Part shown: piece after piece, positions 39,351 to 52,410 of the stretch | Layout of the letters: every line of letters starts with the position of its first letter | How positions within the stretch are numbered: position 1 is the stretch's first letter | Source: Octopus vulgaris | Lineage: Eukaryota | Direction of reading: 5' to 3' | Assembly: GCA_951406725.2 (NCBI GenBank) | Contig: OX597836.1 | Location: 4,092,001 to 4,156,000 of the forward strand | Length of the DNA stretch: 64,000 bases | Program-made: the position numbers and the translations under genes | The notes under the pieces: model-generated | What the model was told of the DNA's origin: nothing | Seen by the model: only the letters and a program-made list of their open reading frames with translations | Databases searched by the model: none

Positions 39351-40164
39351 AAAGATAAATGCGAATATTGCTTTAATCTCCTTACGCTGGACCCATCCAA
39401 GACTTCTGTAAAGACTTCTCAAGTATTTCACTGTGAATATACACGGTAGAAGCCATGTGATTAAAGTTTATTGGCTGCAGCAATATTACATTGAGAACCA
39501 GATGCCATCTACCAATTTTCGTAGAATTATCGCCACACCCAATATTTGGAACCTCAACTAACCTTACATCAGATAACAGACTCTTTTCTACGATAAAAAA
39601 AATTCCCCGAACGACATGTTCATTAGACTATTAGAATTGGTAATTACTAATTACGCAACGAAAGATTATCTTAGCTATCGATTACCATTCCCTTCGCGTA
39701 AAGCAATCTAGGAAGTAGCTGTTGGAGCCGATTTTCCATTTGGCGAAAATTGAACATCAAAATTGTTTAACACGAGTTAGCCGACTTTGCACACCACATG
39801 ACTATTTTTAGCCAATAACCTATTTATACTTATTTCAGGCCACATAATGGAAAAATTATTATCGTGGATTTCTAAATTATTCTTTGGTGGAGATTAGGAA
39901 CCGTATACCAATTATACATTACTCATATAGCTTATGAATTCTTCGAACATCTTGTACATGGGATATTTTATTATCTAAATCATTCTGTGTACGGGAGCCA
40001 TATATTTTGGGTGTTTTTTATAGCATCCTAGACAGGGACATGCGATTAATTTCTCATTAAGGCTTTTTTCCATTTATTCTAGGAAAAGAAAACTACGGAT
40101 GGTCTCTTACAACTCTTTCATAGCGCAAAATAGCTGGTTATATAAGATAGGGATAAAGCGGAAA

Positions 40165-41120
40165 ACTAAGCAGAATCGTTAGCATGACGAAGAAAATGCT
40201 TCGTGGCATTTCGTCCGGCTTTACGTTCTGTGTTTAAATTCCACTGAGGTCTACTTTGCCTTTCATCCATTCGGGAATCGATAAATTAAGCGACTGGTTC
40301 CCTCCCCCAAAATTTTGGGGCCTTGTACTTAGAGTAGAAACGAATCGTTAGCGCGACGCGCAAAATGCTTCGCGGCGCATTTTATCCGTCTTTATGTTCT
40401 AAATTTAAATCCTACCGAGGTCGAATTTGCCTTTCGCCCTTACGGGGTCGATAAAATATGTACCAATCGTGCACTGGAGTCGATGTAATCGACTTCTCTC
40501 CTTCCAAGTTCAGCTGCCCTTGCGCCAAAACGTCAAACTTATATAAAGTAGAGATAAACAAGGAAATATAGATCACATTAGTTCTTGCATATTACTCCGT
40601 AAGGAGCTTAGGGCCAAATACATGCCTAGGTTCCAGCGTTAGCTGAATTTGAACTAAAAACATAAAACAGGTGACAGAAATATCTAAGGAAGTTTGTTCG
40701 ACACACTGGGATTTATACAAACCCTTCTAATCTAGTCTAGTCTCGTACTTTGTTTTTATTTATTTGACCCGGAAGCAGGACAGGCAACGTTGACTTCGGC
40801 TGGATTTGAAATGAAAATGCAATGCACTGGAACAGCAGCTGCAAAGTATCTGTCTGATGGTCTGACGATTCTGACAGTTGAAAGCCTTGAGAATTTTGAT
40901 ATTATAATGATCCCTAAGGGAGCGAGTTAGCAGATTCGTTAGCACACCGGGCAAAATGCTTCGTGTTACTTCGTCCCCCCTTACGTTCGAGTTCAAATTC
41001 CGCTGAGATCGCCTTTGTTTTTCATTCTTTCGGGGTCGATACTAGTTTAGTACTGGGATCGATGTGATCGACCTTCGAACTGGCGCGAAGTTCCTAAACT
41101 TGTGCCAAAAATTTGAAATC
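40165..41120 (+). mobile_element. Three family A SINE copies (40165-40310, 40340-40530, 40920-41120)
   Basis: Repeated GAATCGTTAGC..AAAATGCTT..AAATTCC...CTTT..CCTTT...GGGGTCGAT. Confidence 0.7.
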
Positions 41121-41130
41121 GATATTATTA

Positions 41131-41202
<72 letters not shown>

Positions 41203-41227
41203 GTGTTTATTATTATTATTAATTATT

Positions 41228-41531
41228 GTTTGTAAGTCCTGGTGTTTTTGTTATGTATTTGTCTGAATATTTTTTTATCATGCCTAATACCTACTATGAT
41301 AGGAATTGTTTCTGTTTTATTATTATTATTATTAGGTCTTTGTATTTTGAGAGTTTCTCCATTTCTTTTAGAGACACGTTGTCATCTGCCGTACTGATAC
41401 ATCAATTAGAAAGCATTTTTTTCTTCATGGTCTCTGACAACTATATCTGGTCTGTTGGCCTTATTTCTCTATTATTATTATTTCTCGTTTTCTGTGACCT
41501 TTTCTGGTGTGCCTATACCATCTTTTTTCTG

Positions 41532-41536
<5 letters not shown>
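41228..41536 (-). mobile_element. Fragment of a restriction-like-endonuclease non-LTR element (R4/Dong-like) within (TAA)n
   Basis: Minus strand yields KRWYRHT..KVTENE / REIKANRPDIVVRDHEEK.CFLIDVS..ADDNVSLKEMEKLSKYKDL / KTETIPIIVG.LGMIKKYSDKYITKTPGL, a PD-(D/E)xK REL domain; long TAA arrays on both sides. Confidence 0.8.
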
Positions 41537-41589
<53 letters not shown>

Positions 41590-42177
41590 CACCAAATGTA
41601 GCCAACAGATATAGGGCAACAGCAACAGCAGCGATAGCGGTGATAATAGTAGAAGTATCGCCCCCACAACCACCACAACCACCACCACCACCGCCGCCGC
41701 CACCTTCACCATCCCCGGCAAGATTCCCAATAGTAACAAGCAGAGACGCTGGCGGGTCTCGAACCACTTGTGTATCGATTGAATTGTAACCAGGTTTATG
41801 TCTGGAATTGATTATTATAATATATTATTAAGAGTGCAATATTAAGTGCTAATTAAATCATTTGGATATGGTTATGGGGGGGGGGGGAGGAGAAGAAGAA
41901 GAAGAAGAAGAAGAAGAAGAAAAAAGAAAGAAGAAGCAATAAGCACTAGTAGTAGTAGTAGTAGTAGTAGTAGTAATAGCTGAAGGAAAGCAACAGTATT
42001 TGAGGCATAAGGAGAAGAGGAAGAAGAAAAGCAACAGCAGCAACAATGAAGAATCAGGAGAAAGAGAAGTGGTGGTGGGGGGTGGCGAAGAAGTAAGAGA
42101 ATAATGATGCTAGTTTCAAGATGAGTGGGTCGGAGTGAGAACCGAAGATGGGGAGGAGGGGGAGGAGATACAGAAGA

Positions 42178-42272
42178 GAAGAAGAAGAAGAAGAAGAAGA
42201 AGAAGAAGAAGAAGAAGAAGAAGAAGAAGAAGAAGAAGAAGAAGAAGAAGAAGAAGAAGAAGAAGAAGAAGA
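42178..42272. repeat. (GAA)n microsatellite
   Basis: Direct reading. Confidence 0.97.
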
Positions 42273-43116
42273 GTGGAGAAGAATGAAAAAGAGTAAATTA
42301 CGTTGATAAAAAATAAACTGCTTTAGCGGGATTCTTCTTTAGAATTTGGTATTTTAAATATATAAATAATTAAATTGATAAATATATTTATAAAAAAAAA
42401 AAAACGAAATAATTCCTCAATTGTCTTTTGAGAAAAACTGCTTGGAAAGAATCAATGTTGGAAAATAAATTATGTGTATTCTTTGGAAGAAAAACCAAAA
42501 GATAAAGCACTCGGAATTTTGGAACAATTAAATATCTAAAAATTTAATTAGACAAAGGTAAGAGAGATATTAAAAACAACCAAAAGAAAGAAAAAAGCAC
42601 GTGAAGTAGTTCAATTTATTTTTTTGATAATTCATTTATTGAATTTTCCATTATTAATGATCGTTGGAAATTTACGAAGCATCTATTTTTTGTTTTAGTT
42701 CTTGTATTGAGTTGATTATTAATATCATAAAATTGATTCTGTGTGATTGACTTCGTATATGTATGTGAGCGTTTACCTAGTTTTTGTGTGCGTGTGTGTG
42801 TGTGTATGAGTGCATAAATAGTGCATATGTATGTGTGTGTGTATGTGTGTGAGCCTGCGCTCAGAGGAGAGTGCGTGTTCTCTTTGGTTCGAGGTGAGTA
42901 AAATGATTTAAAATATTTGGCAAAGCAGGTCATTAAAGGAAGAGACGGAGACAAGAGAAAGAGAGCGATGTTAAATAAGTTCCTTTCTCTACGCATTTAT
43001 CTCATTATTCATTTTGTCATTCTCAGACTCACATTCTCTGCATATTTAATAAAGTAACTAAATATATGGGCGTAAATAAATGGGTGTGTCTTCGTATGAA
43101 ATTGTGTTTATATGTG

Positions 43117-43167
<51 letters not shown>

Positions 43168-43188
43168 GTACATATATATATATATATA

Positions 43189-43346
43189 CTTTATTTAAAG
43201 CAGCAGAAAATTCAACAAAACCTGTTACTCTGAGTTTCCCGTTGCCGTTCATCGGACAGTTTTTGCTAGCAAAAACTGTCCGATGAACGGCAACGGGAAA
43301 CTCAGAGTAACAGGTTTTCTTGAATTTTCTGCTGCTTTAAATAAAG
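43189..43346. repeat. 158 bp near-perfect palindrome (one mismatch seen) containing two hammerhead-like motifs
   Basis: Centre GCTAGC at 43265-43270; arms are reverse complements; element continues to ~43417; (TA)n on both sides. Confidence 0.92.
43276..43313 (+). ncRNA. Hammerhead-like motif (non-canonical)
   Basis: CTGT-CCGATGA-A-CG-gcaa-CG-G-GAAA-CTCAGAG-TA-ACAG; stem I CTGT/ACAG; mirror copy at 43222-43259 (-). Confidence 0.5.
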
Positions 43347-43415
43347 CATATTATTCTACCACTGGTATTTGAGTAATCTTTTTTCCACCTTGTTTCATAT
43401 TTATGTGTTTACTCC

Positions 43416-43459
<44 letters not shown>

Positions 43460-45249
43460 AATACTATATTTATACTTTTCCACTGTTCTCGGTCGGTCAA
43501 CGGCTAAGCGTTCAGGTGAGTAAACTGGCATTCATGTAGCAACATTTGAAATGGTGTCCAGGTAAATCCAGCAGATGAAGGCTAGTCAATTTTACGTTGA
43601 CACACGTATTTGAAGAGTCCGAAAACTAGGTACTGGATTATCCTATTCTGGGTTGTCCATTTATATAATGGCCTTCATAGAGGTAAGACAAAATTTTTCA
43701 TGTTTGTTGAACTCACACGTCTTTTTGCGCAGTGAAACTTTCGTATAGCATCGTAAATGTATCGACTGCTATTTCCAGTAAATATTGGTGCCTTGTTGTC
43801 TGTGGGTTCTCTTGCACGTTAGCAGAGGTAATTGTTTGTTTCGCCCCTGTAATGTTATAGATACATTGATAGATTTGACTCTACCTTCACTGAAACAAGT
43901 TCATCAACTTTCATCTTTTCGGAAGATTCACCTTCTGTCTCACTTTCGTCTAATTATCTCTTCTTGCCCTTACTCAATGTGAAATCTAGGCTTTATGATA
44001 TTTTTTAACAACAATTATATTTTCATATTTATAGAATGTTTTTCCTCCCTCACGCTTTCTCTCCGTGGATTGCCTTCTTCCATTAACTTTAACGGTTTTT
44101 CTACTTTAGCCCTCTATGCAATTCCTACTTCAGCACTGCCTCCTTCACCATGTGCATCATATCTCGCAGTTAAGGATACTTTATCAGCAAGGGAACGTGA
44201 AATTCTTCGATTTAACTTCGCATTTGTCAGTGAAACGAGTGATGCATGATATATAAGTCCATAGTTTGCCGTGTGGTATATATATTTAATTGCTTTGAAT
44301 TAAGCTTTTCCGGCTCCTGATATCTGTATAGTAGAGGGCGGATATTTTGCCAAGGTTAGCAGAGAATCTTCATGTGTTATCAATCTGGCACCAATATGTT
44401 CACCAACAAAGACCGTAGGATTCGGTACAAATTCCACTATGCAATTTTTTAGATAATCAATGTTGCACGATATTCAGAGATTTTAATGAGCTGTAGCACT
44501 TGACATCAGAATAAACAAATAAAAATATATTAGCTATTAGCAGCGGATCCTACCTTTTATAACGATTATTAATTTGCACGTGCAATTTAAGTCGGATGTG
44601 TTGTAAAGAACGTGGTTGACTGCAGTCATCGTTCTGAGAATCATCTCGTTTTAATACTTCTCACGTTAGGTGTTAAAATGCACCAATCATATCGGTTTAA
44701 GAAATTTTATGATCACCAGCAGATTGAAATGTATGAAGTGATTTAGAGTATATTGCTCATCATGAGTGACATGCACCTATGAAGAGAATGCCAGATATAG
44801 TTTAACTCTAACTAAAAAATGATATCGCAAAAAGCTTGCGAGCTTTGTATAAATTAGCAATTAGTAACTGAAACAGTTTTAGTAAGAATGTTAATTTCCA
44901 AGTCCATTTGAACTTGGATTTGTTGTTAAGAACTCTCTAGACCACGGTAACCGTCCTGAGGTCGGAATTATCAAAATTTTATAGAACATATTTTTCATGA
45001 AGAAGCGCCCTCAATAATGTAATATTTATAAATCTCAAAAATATTTTTCTTGTTATATGAATAAAATGTAAATAGCCTGGAACGGAGTCAAATCTTAGCG
45101 AAATAATTTTCAAAACGAAATAATTACCTCAATTCAACATGGTTTTCGAATTTTGCTCAAAGCAAATAAAATCACTTGCAAAATAAACAAACTTTATATG
45201 GTTAGAGGAACAAATCGAAATTACAAACGACTACATTCATGAAGTTGTG

Positions 45250-45520
45250 GAGGTACATGGCCTAGGGGTTAGAGCAGCGAACTCGCGGTCGAGGGATCGC
45301 GGGTTCGAATCTCAGACCGGGAGATGTGTGTGTTTATGAGCGAAACACCTAAGCTCCACCCGGCTCCGGCAGAAGTTAATGGCGAACCTCTGCTGACTCT
45401 TTCGCCACAGCTTTCTCTCACTCTTTCCTCCTGCATCTTGCAGCTCACCTGCAACGGACCGGCCAAGGAAACCGGGAAACCGGCCCTTATGAGCCAGGCG
45501 TGGCTCGAGAAGGGAAAAAA
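45250..45520 (+). mobile_element. tRNA-derived SINE, family C
   Basis: A box TGGCCTAGGGGTTAG, B box GGTTCGAATCTC; homologous to 60223-60520. Confidence 0.75.
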
Positions 45521-45739
45521 AACCATTCGTGAAGTTAGTACCCCATTATTGTAAAAAAAAAATATGTTTCAGCTATAACCTATATGAAAGGGTTGGAAAT
45601 GCAATAGGATAGGGACAACCAAAGAATTGGAAGTCAATTACTTAAATAGAAAGAAATTGTATTTATTCATTATATTTTTCGAACGATTCAAGAACACCGC
45701 TGATTGAAATTATAGTTTTTTATAATGATTTCACAGGGC

Positions 45740-46165
45740 CAGCGATTTCGGGGAGGGAATTAAATCGATTACATTGATCCCAGTAATTGATTGGTACTTA
45801 ATTTATAGGCCCTAAAAGGATGAAAGGCAAAGTGGACCTCGACGGAATTTGAACTCAGGATGCAAAGACGATCGAAAATGCTGCTATTTTGCCATCTCTG
45901 CTAACGATTCTGCCAAATTAGCACCTTGTATTTTAAAAAGAATTCTTAATACTACTTTCGAATTTTTTTACAAAGCCAGCAATTTACGAGCATGCGTAAG
46001 TGGATTGCATCGACCCTAGCGGTCAACTAGTACCTTATTTTATAGTTCCCGAAATTTTTCAAGACAAGGTGAACCTCAGCGGAATTTGAACTCATAACGT
46101 AAAAACGGATGAAAAGCTGCTAATCATTTCGCTCGGTGTACTAACGATTCTCGCACCTCACCGCT
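45740..46165 (-). mobile_element. Two family A SINE copies
   Basis: GATGAAAGGCAAAGTGGACCTCGACGGAATTTGAACTCA and CCTCAGCGGAATTTGAACTCA. Confidence 0.7.
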
Positions 46166-47008
46166 TTTTATTGTTTTTAATCTTAACGTTCAGAACAGTA
46201 AAAGAACAATGTGTCCAGGTAAAATGGCACACTCATGGCTAGAGTAGCTGTCTATGAGACCACTTGCGATAAAAGAACTACTTCAGTAACTATTTTTGAA
46301 GCTGCGATAACAAGAATTTTATGAGAGAACTGTGGAAAGAATATGGACACTTGAAAGTTATTCCTAATGAAATGTCTCAAGATAAGATTGACCAATTCTC
46401 AAGACTAAGTCTCAAAGACAGAATATATTTAACTAGTTTTGATAAGAGTCTTACGATGTTGATATTGAGGGTGATTAATATGACTGGCGTGTCGAAGAAA
46501 TTGAGAATGGCAGTGTCAGTATCACATATTCTTGCTTACGCAGAGACGTACATAAATGCGTGGACACATACTGCCAGAAAGGCAAGCACATTACTGGAGT
46601 TACATAATACATAGACACCATAATTACACACAAACACACACTTAAACACGCAGACATACAAACATATACATTTACACACGCAGACTTGGATTTGTAGCTA
46701 ACAAGCATAATATATATACAAGTCTCAAGAATCTAGGAACCTCAAATCCTGAAGACGCATTATGACACAAGACGCATTTTAATGGATAAAACTTGGGAGA
46801 AATTTTGAAAGGATATAGAATAAGTAGGAGAGACAAAAATAGTGCTTCTTGGCCTAACGGCCCTTAATGCTTGTCTTCGTCGATTGTTTACTTTGTACAC
46901 CCACACTTGCTGTTTGTTCGTTCGAAGTCCAAGCTCTTCATAAATTATACATTTTAAAAATTTCTGGATGGTGCTATTTTATGAAGGTTATTATTATATA
47001 TGTGCACA

Positions 47009-47083
<75 letters not shown>

Positions 47084-47511
47084 TTGTAATATATATGACA
47101 ATTATTCGATCGCCATAATAAAACTCCGAGTTTCGGATGTCGGGGCGGAGACATATATTTACTGCTATGTTAAACTGTCGTACAGCCAAATTTAGTCAAA
47201 TGCGAATTTGTCGTTGAAAACCGAAAATAGGGAGCAATTAACAGTCGACAAATGTGAAGGTGTTAGACGTCTTTTGGTATTTTGTCCCGTATTTGTCTCT
47301 CGTTATGTGTTCACGCATTTTTCACTTGTTGGTGACGTCCTGTTCTTCTTGTGTATTTGTTAGTATTTTATCCTGTACTTATCTCTCGTGTGTTTACGTA
47401 TTTTCCACACGTTGGTAATGTCCTGTACATGATGTATTTTATATTTATTTATTTATAACCGAACGCCACGCAGTCTTCCCCACAGTATTTATATACATAT
47501 ATATATATGTG

Positions 47512-47572
<61 letters not shown>

Positions 47573-48424
47573 CAACTTACGTTGAAAGACAAAGTTTATT
47601 TTAGAAACGTGTATTTTAGGTAATGAAATGATTTTATTCTCATAATAATATAGTATGAACAGCTATATGACCCGAAGTCATATCCCTGTGATTACACGAC
47701 AAATTCCTGTGCGAATTAAGGATATATAAATCTATCTTTATACATCTAGTTGAATTTAACGTATGATAGCGTCTTAAAATCGTAACTCCATGCTTGTATG
47801 ACATTTTCAGTCAGAAATAGTTTTGCAAAACTGTTTTATGTGGGACTTACTACACTTTTGAAAACTACTAAACGGTTGTACCACGCTTTGACAATTTTCA
47901 TATAGTGACATCTGAAGCAGCTGGACCAACTAACCGATATGTCTTAGAAAGTTTAAAGAAGTGGTTTTAAATTCTCAAACGCAGGATAATGCTAATAATA
48001 TAGCCTGATCATGATAGGCTACCTCTATTTTGCAGGAAAAAGTATTGACGACCGGGTATGAGATTCGAACTCACACCTCCGTGATTACGCGTCTCGGAGA
48101 ATGAAAGTTTTGGACATTAAAAACTTTATGTTTATGTGCAGTTGGTTTAGTTATGACAAACGTCCGACACGTGTTTCGAACGCATTAACTGCAAATAGTT
48201 GCATATTTATATGCAGCGATTTATGCATTATTAGTACGATCTCTTCAGTGTGTTTAAATAAGCCATTGTTCGAAGCGGAATTGCCTTCCGTTATTAGTTT
48301 GAATTAGTTTCGGTAGCAATAGTAGTAAAGCATTACAAAGAGAAATAGTGAAACTCAGTATCTGCCTGAATACTATACCCCTTCTTTTACGATATATGTA
48401 TGTATATATACATACATACATACA

Positions 48425-48460
<36 letters not shown>

Positions 48461-48510
48461 TATATATGTAATAACAATAATAATATATAAATATATATGT
48501 ACATATATAT

Positions 48511-49641
48511 TTGTATATATACAGAGTAGACCATAATATCCTACTCTCAAAATTGGCAAATGTTGGAATCCGTGGAAAAGTTCTACACTGGATTAAGTAT
48601 TTCCTAGCGAATAGAACGCAACATGTTGTAGTTGATGGAGTCCACTCAAGCCCAGCAAAAGTCACCAGCGGTGTTCCCCAGGGGACTGTTTTGGGTCCGC
48701 TACTCTTCATAATTTACATAAACGACCTTTCCAGTGTCGTACATTACTGCAAAGTGAAAATATTTGCTGATGACACTAAGCTCCAGCAAATCGTCAATGA
48801 AGAAGCAGACCGAACTCAACTCCAGTCTGATCTATATGCTGTGAGTCAATGGGCAGACAGAAACAAAATGCAACTGAATGAGGGAAAATTTGAGCTGATG
48901 CATTTTGGAAGAAATTCCTCACTAAAACAGCCATACTCTCTTCCTTCGGGGGAACCGCTCACAGCCTCTAACAATATCAGAGACCTGGGTGTAATTGTTG
49001 ATGACGATCTCAGTTGGAGTGCACACATCAACAAGAAGGTCGATATAGCTCGTAGGATGAGTTCCTGGATCTTAAGAACTTTCCGGTCCAAAGAACAAGG
49101 TGTTATCATACCACTTTTCTCCTCCTTTGTACGGCCACACCTTGAATACTACTGCCCACTGTGGTCTCCCCATACAAGACAAAACATCTCCAGAATTGAG
49201 TCACCCCAGAGGGCACTCACTAAACGAATTGAAGTTATGGCTGCTCTCGATTATTGGGATCGCCTTAATGCCTTGAAACTTTACTCCCTCCAGCGTCGCC
49301 GTGAGCGGTACATCATTTGTACGATGTGGAGAATATACCGCCAACTTTGCCCAAACGACCTTAAAATTAGCTTCAAGGTTCATCCAAGACTGGGACCAGG
49401 GGCCATACGTCGCCTGCCCAAATCAAGATCACAACATACATGTACACTGCAACATAATTTCTTTTCCTCAACAGGCCCTGCCCTATTTAACATTGTCCCG
49501 AGGGTGATCAAAGAGGAAAAGGATCCCATCAACTTTAAACGGAGTCTGGATAGATTCCTTCAAAGAATACCAGATAAGCCACCAATAATTGGATACAACT
49601 CACCCAACAAGAACTCACTACTTGAACAAAATTTGACTTAA
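48511..49641 (+). CDS. LINE ORF2 C-terminal part (RT motifs and thumb), 5'-truncated
   Basis: RVDHNILLSKL, SGVPQGTVLGPLLFIIYINDL, FADDTKL, RDLGV, VRPHLEY..P.WSP, LYSLQRRRER; uninterrupted for ~370 codons. Confidence 0.88.
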   Translation: MYIYRVDHNILLSKLANVGIRGKVLHWIKYFLANRTQHVVVDGVHSSPAKVTSGVPQGTVLGPLLFIIYINDLSSVVHYCKVKIFADDTKLQQIVNEEADRTQLQSDLYAVSQWADRNKMQLNEGKFELMHFGRNSSLKQPYSLPSGEPLTASNNIRDLGVIVDDDLSWSAHINKKVDIARRMSSWILRTFRSKEQGVIIPLFSSFVRPHLEYYCPLWSPHTRQNISRIESPQRALTKRIEVMAALDYWDRLNALKLYSLQRRRERYIICTMWRIYRQLCPNDLKISFKVHPRLGPGAIRRLPKSRSQHTCTLQHNFFSSTGPALFNIVPRVIKEEKDPINFKRSLDRFLQRIPDKPPIIGYNSPNKNSLLEQNLT

Positions 49642-49750
49642 ACAAAACCTGACTTAAACAGGATTCGAATAATCTTATCAGGTGGTGCTATTCAGTTAGA
49701 CATGGCCTGGACCAATCTTTGGTCGAAACATATCTAAGTTGTCTAAGTTA
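48521..49750 (+). mobile_element. 5'-truncated LINE (CR1/L2 group)
   Basis: RT C-terminal ORF, short 3' UTR with GACC/GGTC stem and CTAAGT tail repeats. Confidence 0.85.
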
Positions 49751-50179
49751 TAAGCACAGGACACCAAAGAAAGTAAACAACATGAAATACGAAAACGGAA
49801 AACATGGAATACGAACCTATTTTGCGAACAACGAAAGAAACAAATGGAAAACAAGAGAAATAAACTGGAAAAACGATACTTCATCAGTTGTCGGCTGTTT
49901 TCCTACTTCGTATCTCGAGCATTTCACAACAGGATACATTTTCGACATAACAGTTGCTCCCGCAAAGGAAATTAAATGAAATATAAACACACATATACAT
50001 ATATATTAACACACACAAACGCACATATATATCTGAAACCGTCTTGATTCAAATAAGTAAGTTTTGTCGCATTGTTAGTGAGTTGATTGAATTCTGTGTC
50101 GAACAAAGTTTCAGAAAATCTGAAGCCAAATCATTCATACACACACACACTACGATACATACACATACAGACATGTACA

Positions 50180-50210
<31 letters not shown>

Positions 50211-50335
50211 ATCAGCCATTCATACGTAGTTTTTATACATTTATATTGAGCCCTGAATATCTACTTACACACACATACACACACATACACGTACATGTAA
50301 TTAAATAATATATATACACTCATGTAGATATATAA

Positions 50336-50372
<37 letters not shown>

Positions 50373-50508
50373 CATATACATATACATATATATATATATA
50401 TATGCATGCATGTGTATATATAAACATATGCCTACATATATATATATGTATATATGCATATATATTATTTATGTATATGTGCGTGTATGTATGTGTATAT
50501 GTGTGCAA

Positions 50509-50551
<43 letters not shown>

Positions 50552-50767
50552 CATATTAGTACATTTATATATCTACCTATCTAGATGAGTATGTATGAAT
50601 CTACTTTTATATGTAATACACGGACAATAACACCTCTCTCTCTCCCTCTTTATCCCTCCCTCTCCCTCTCTATCACTTTCCCTGTATATCTGTCATTCTC
50701 TCTACAATCTTAATACATATACCCATACACTGATATCAACAGAAGTATATACATATCTGTAAACAAA

Positions 50768-50801
<34 letters not shown>

Positions 50802-51191
50802 CTCATATACATACATATATAGAAACATTCACATGTACATTCATACATATATACATACATGCATAAATATATACTTGAATGCATACGTACATACATAAAC
50901 ACATACATACATTCATACTTATATATATATATACTAAGCTGAGAGAACAAGACTAAATGAGATTTAATTGATGCCAATGAAAGTATGACAAAGGACACTT
51001 AGTCAGTTGAAATAATGGTAAGTTCTGTCACTGAGAATAACAGAATTTTAACCAGTATTGATTACTTATTTTCGGTAGATAATTACTTTGGAGGACCTAC
51101 TTGAAAACATATATTTCCATATATGTACATACATCTATATGTATATATGTATCCCTATATATATGCACATATATGTATATCTTTATATTTG

Positions 51192-51251
<60 letters not shown>

Positions 51252-52213
51252 TATATACACACGTGTGTGTGTATATGCATGTATATGCAGACAGGCCCAC
51301 ATACAAACATTCAAGTATATATGTTTAAGGAGAAAGAAAAAGAGAGAATAAAGTAAAGTAAGAAAACCAGAGAGAGAGAGAGAGAGAAGCCTGGATAAAT
51401 GGATAGAATGACAGAGATTGAAAGGAATAATTATAATGAAGTAACCAAAAAAGAAATGGAAGAAATGGACAAAACGGTGAAAGAGTCGCAGGAAAGAAAG
51501 AAGGACAATAGAATCGAAGATTGAAAAATAAGGGACAGAGAATGAAATGAAGGGAGAAGAACGGACAATGGTGAAAGAGATTATGAATTTGAGATGTAGA
51601 ACGAACGAAAGTGAAGGCAGATCAGAAGAAGAATATAATAATGATGGAAGGAAGGCAAATGTTTGAGACACTGAAAGAAAGCAAGTAACGATGAATGAAC
51701 TTAGAAAGAATAAGTTCGGAAAATAAAAGATGCTGGAAAGCATATATTTTACCTCTGCGAAAATTGAACTCAGAGCGCAAAAGCTCATATATATATATAT
51801 GTGTGTGTATGTATATATATATATATATGTATGTATATATATCTGTGTGTATGTATCTATAAACATACACAAACATATATATATATATGTATATAGATAT
51901 ACATACACACACATATACAACACAAGGACCTTTCGAATGAACAACATATTGAACTTATGTCTTCACACTATCCATTTGTAATAACAAAATATGAACTCGT
52001 ATCAGAATCTAGATACCATGGACAAGAAGCATTTCTACCCATTCTACACAGAACTTCCCTTGGATAATGGAACTGTAACTGTAACATCCTACGTATATTT
52101 CTATTTTTACTCTTATTCTCTTATTTCCCTTTATACTGCCTATATCCATCCTTTTCCAAAATAACTCCTTATATTGAACTCTACTATTTCCCTCTAGTTA
52201 GCCCTCTCATGTC

Positions 52214-52261
52214 GTCTCTGATGAAGGGATTTCCCTAATATCCCAGATACAGCTGTAAGAC
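52214..52261 (+). ncRNA. Degenerate hammerhead ribozyme motif
   Basis: GTCT-CTGATGA-A-GGGAT-ttccctaat-ATCCC-A-GATA-CAGCTG-TA-AGAC; GAAA mutated to GATA. Confidence 0.55.
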
Positions 52262-52410
52262 TAGCTTTCTGTTCATAAATGTCCTATAAATTCTACACAG
52301 CCTTGGCTTTGTTGTCTCATTTTATTTTATTTAACATACACACACACACACACATACACACACATATATACATACATCATATATACATACATAGATACAT
52401 ACATATATAT

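Noticed and set aside
47110-47160. Minus-strand stem plus GAAAC-TCGGAG-TT resembling the 3' half of a hammerhead
   Set aside because: No CUGANGA-like 5' half or stem I
48045-48100. tRNA-like T-arm (GTGAG-TTCGAAT-CTCAT) on the minus strand
   Set aside because: 5' half and acceptor stem missing; at most a tRNA or SINE remnant
49705-49735. GACC-loop-GGTC-GAAAC at the LINE 3' end
   Set aside because: Lacks the CUGANGA core; better explained as the LINE 3' stem-loop
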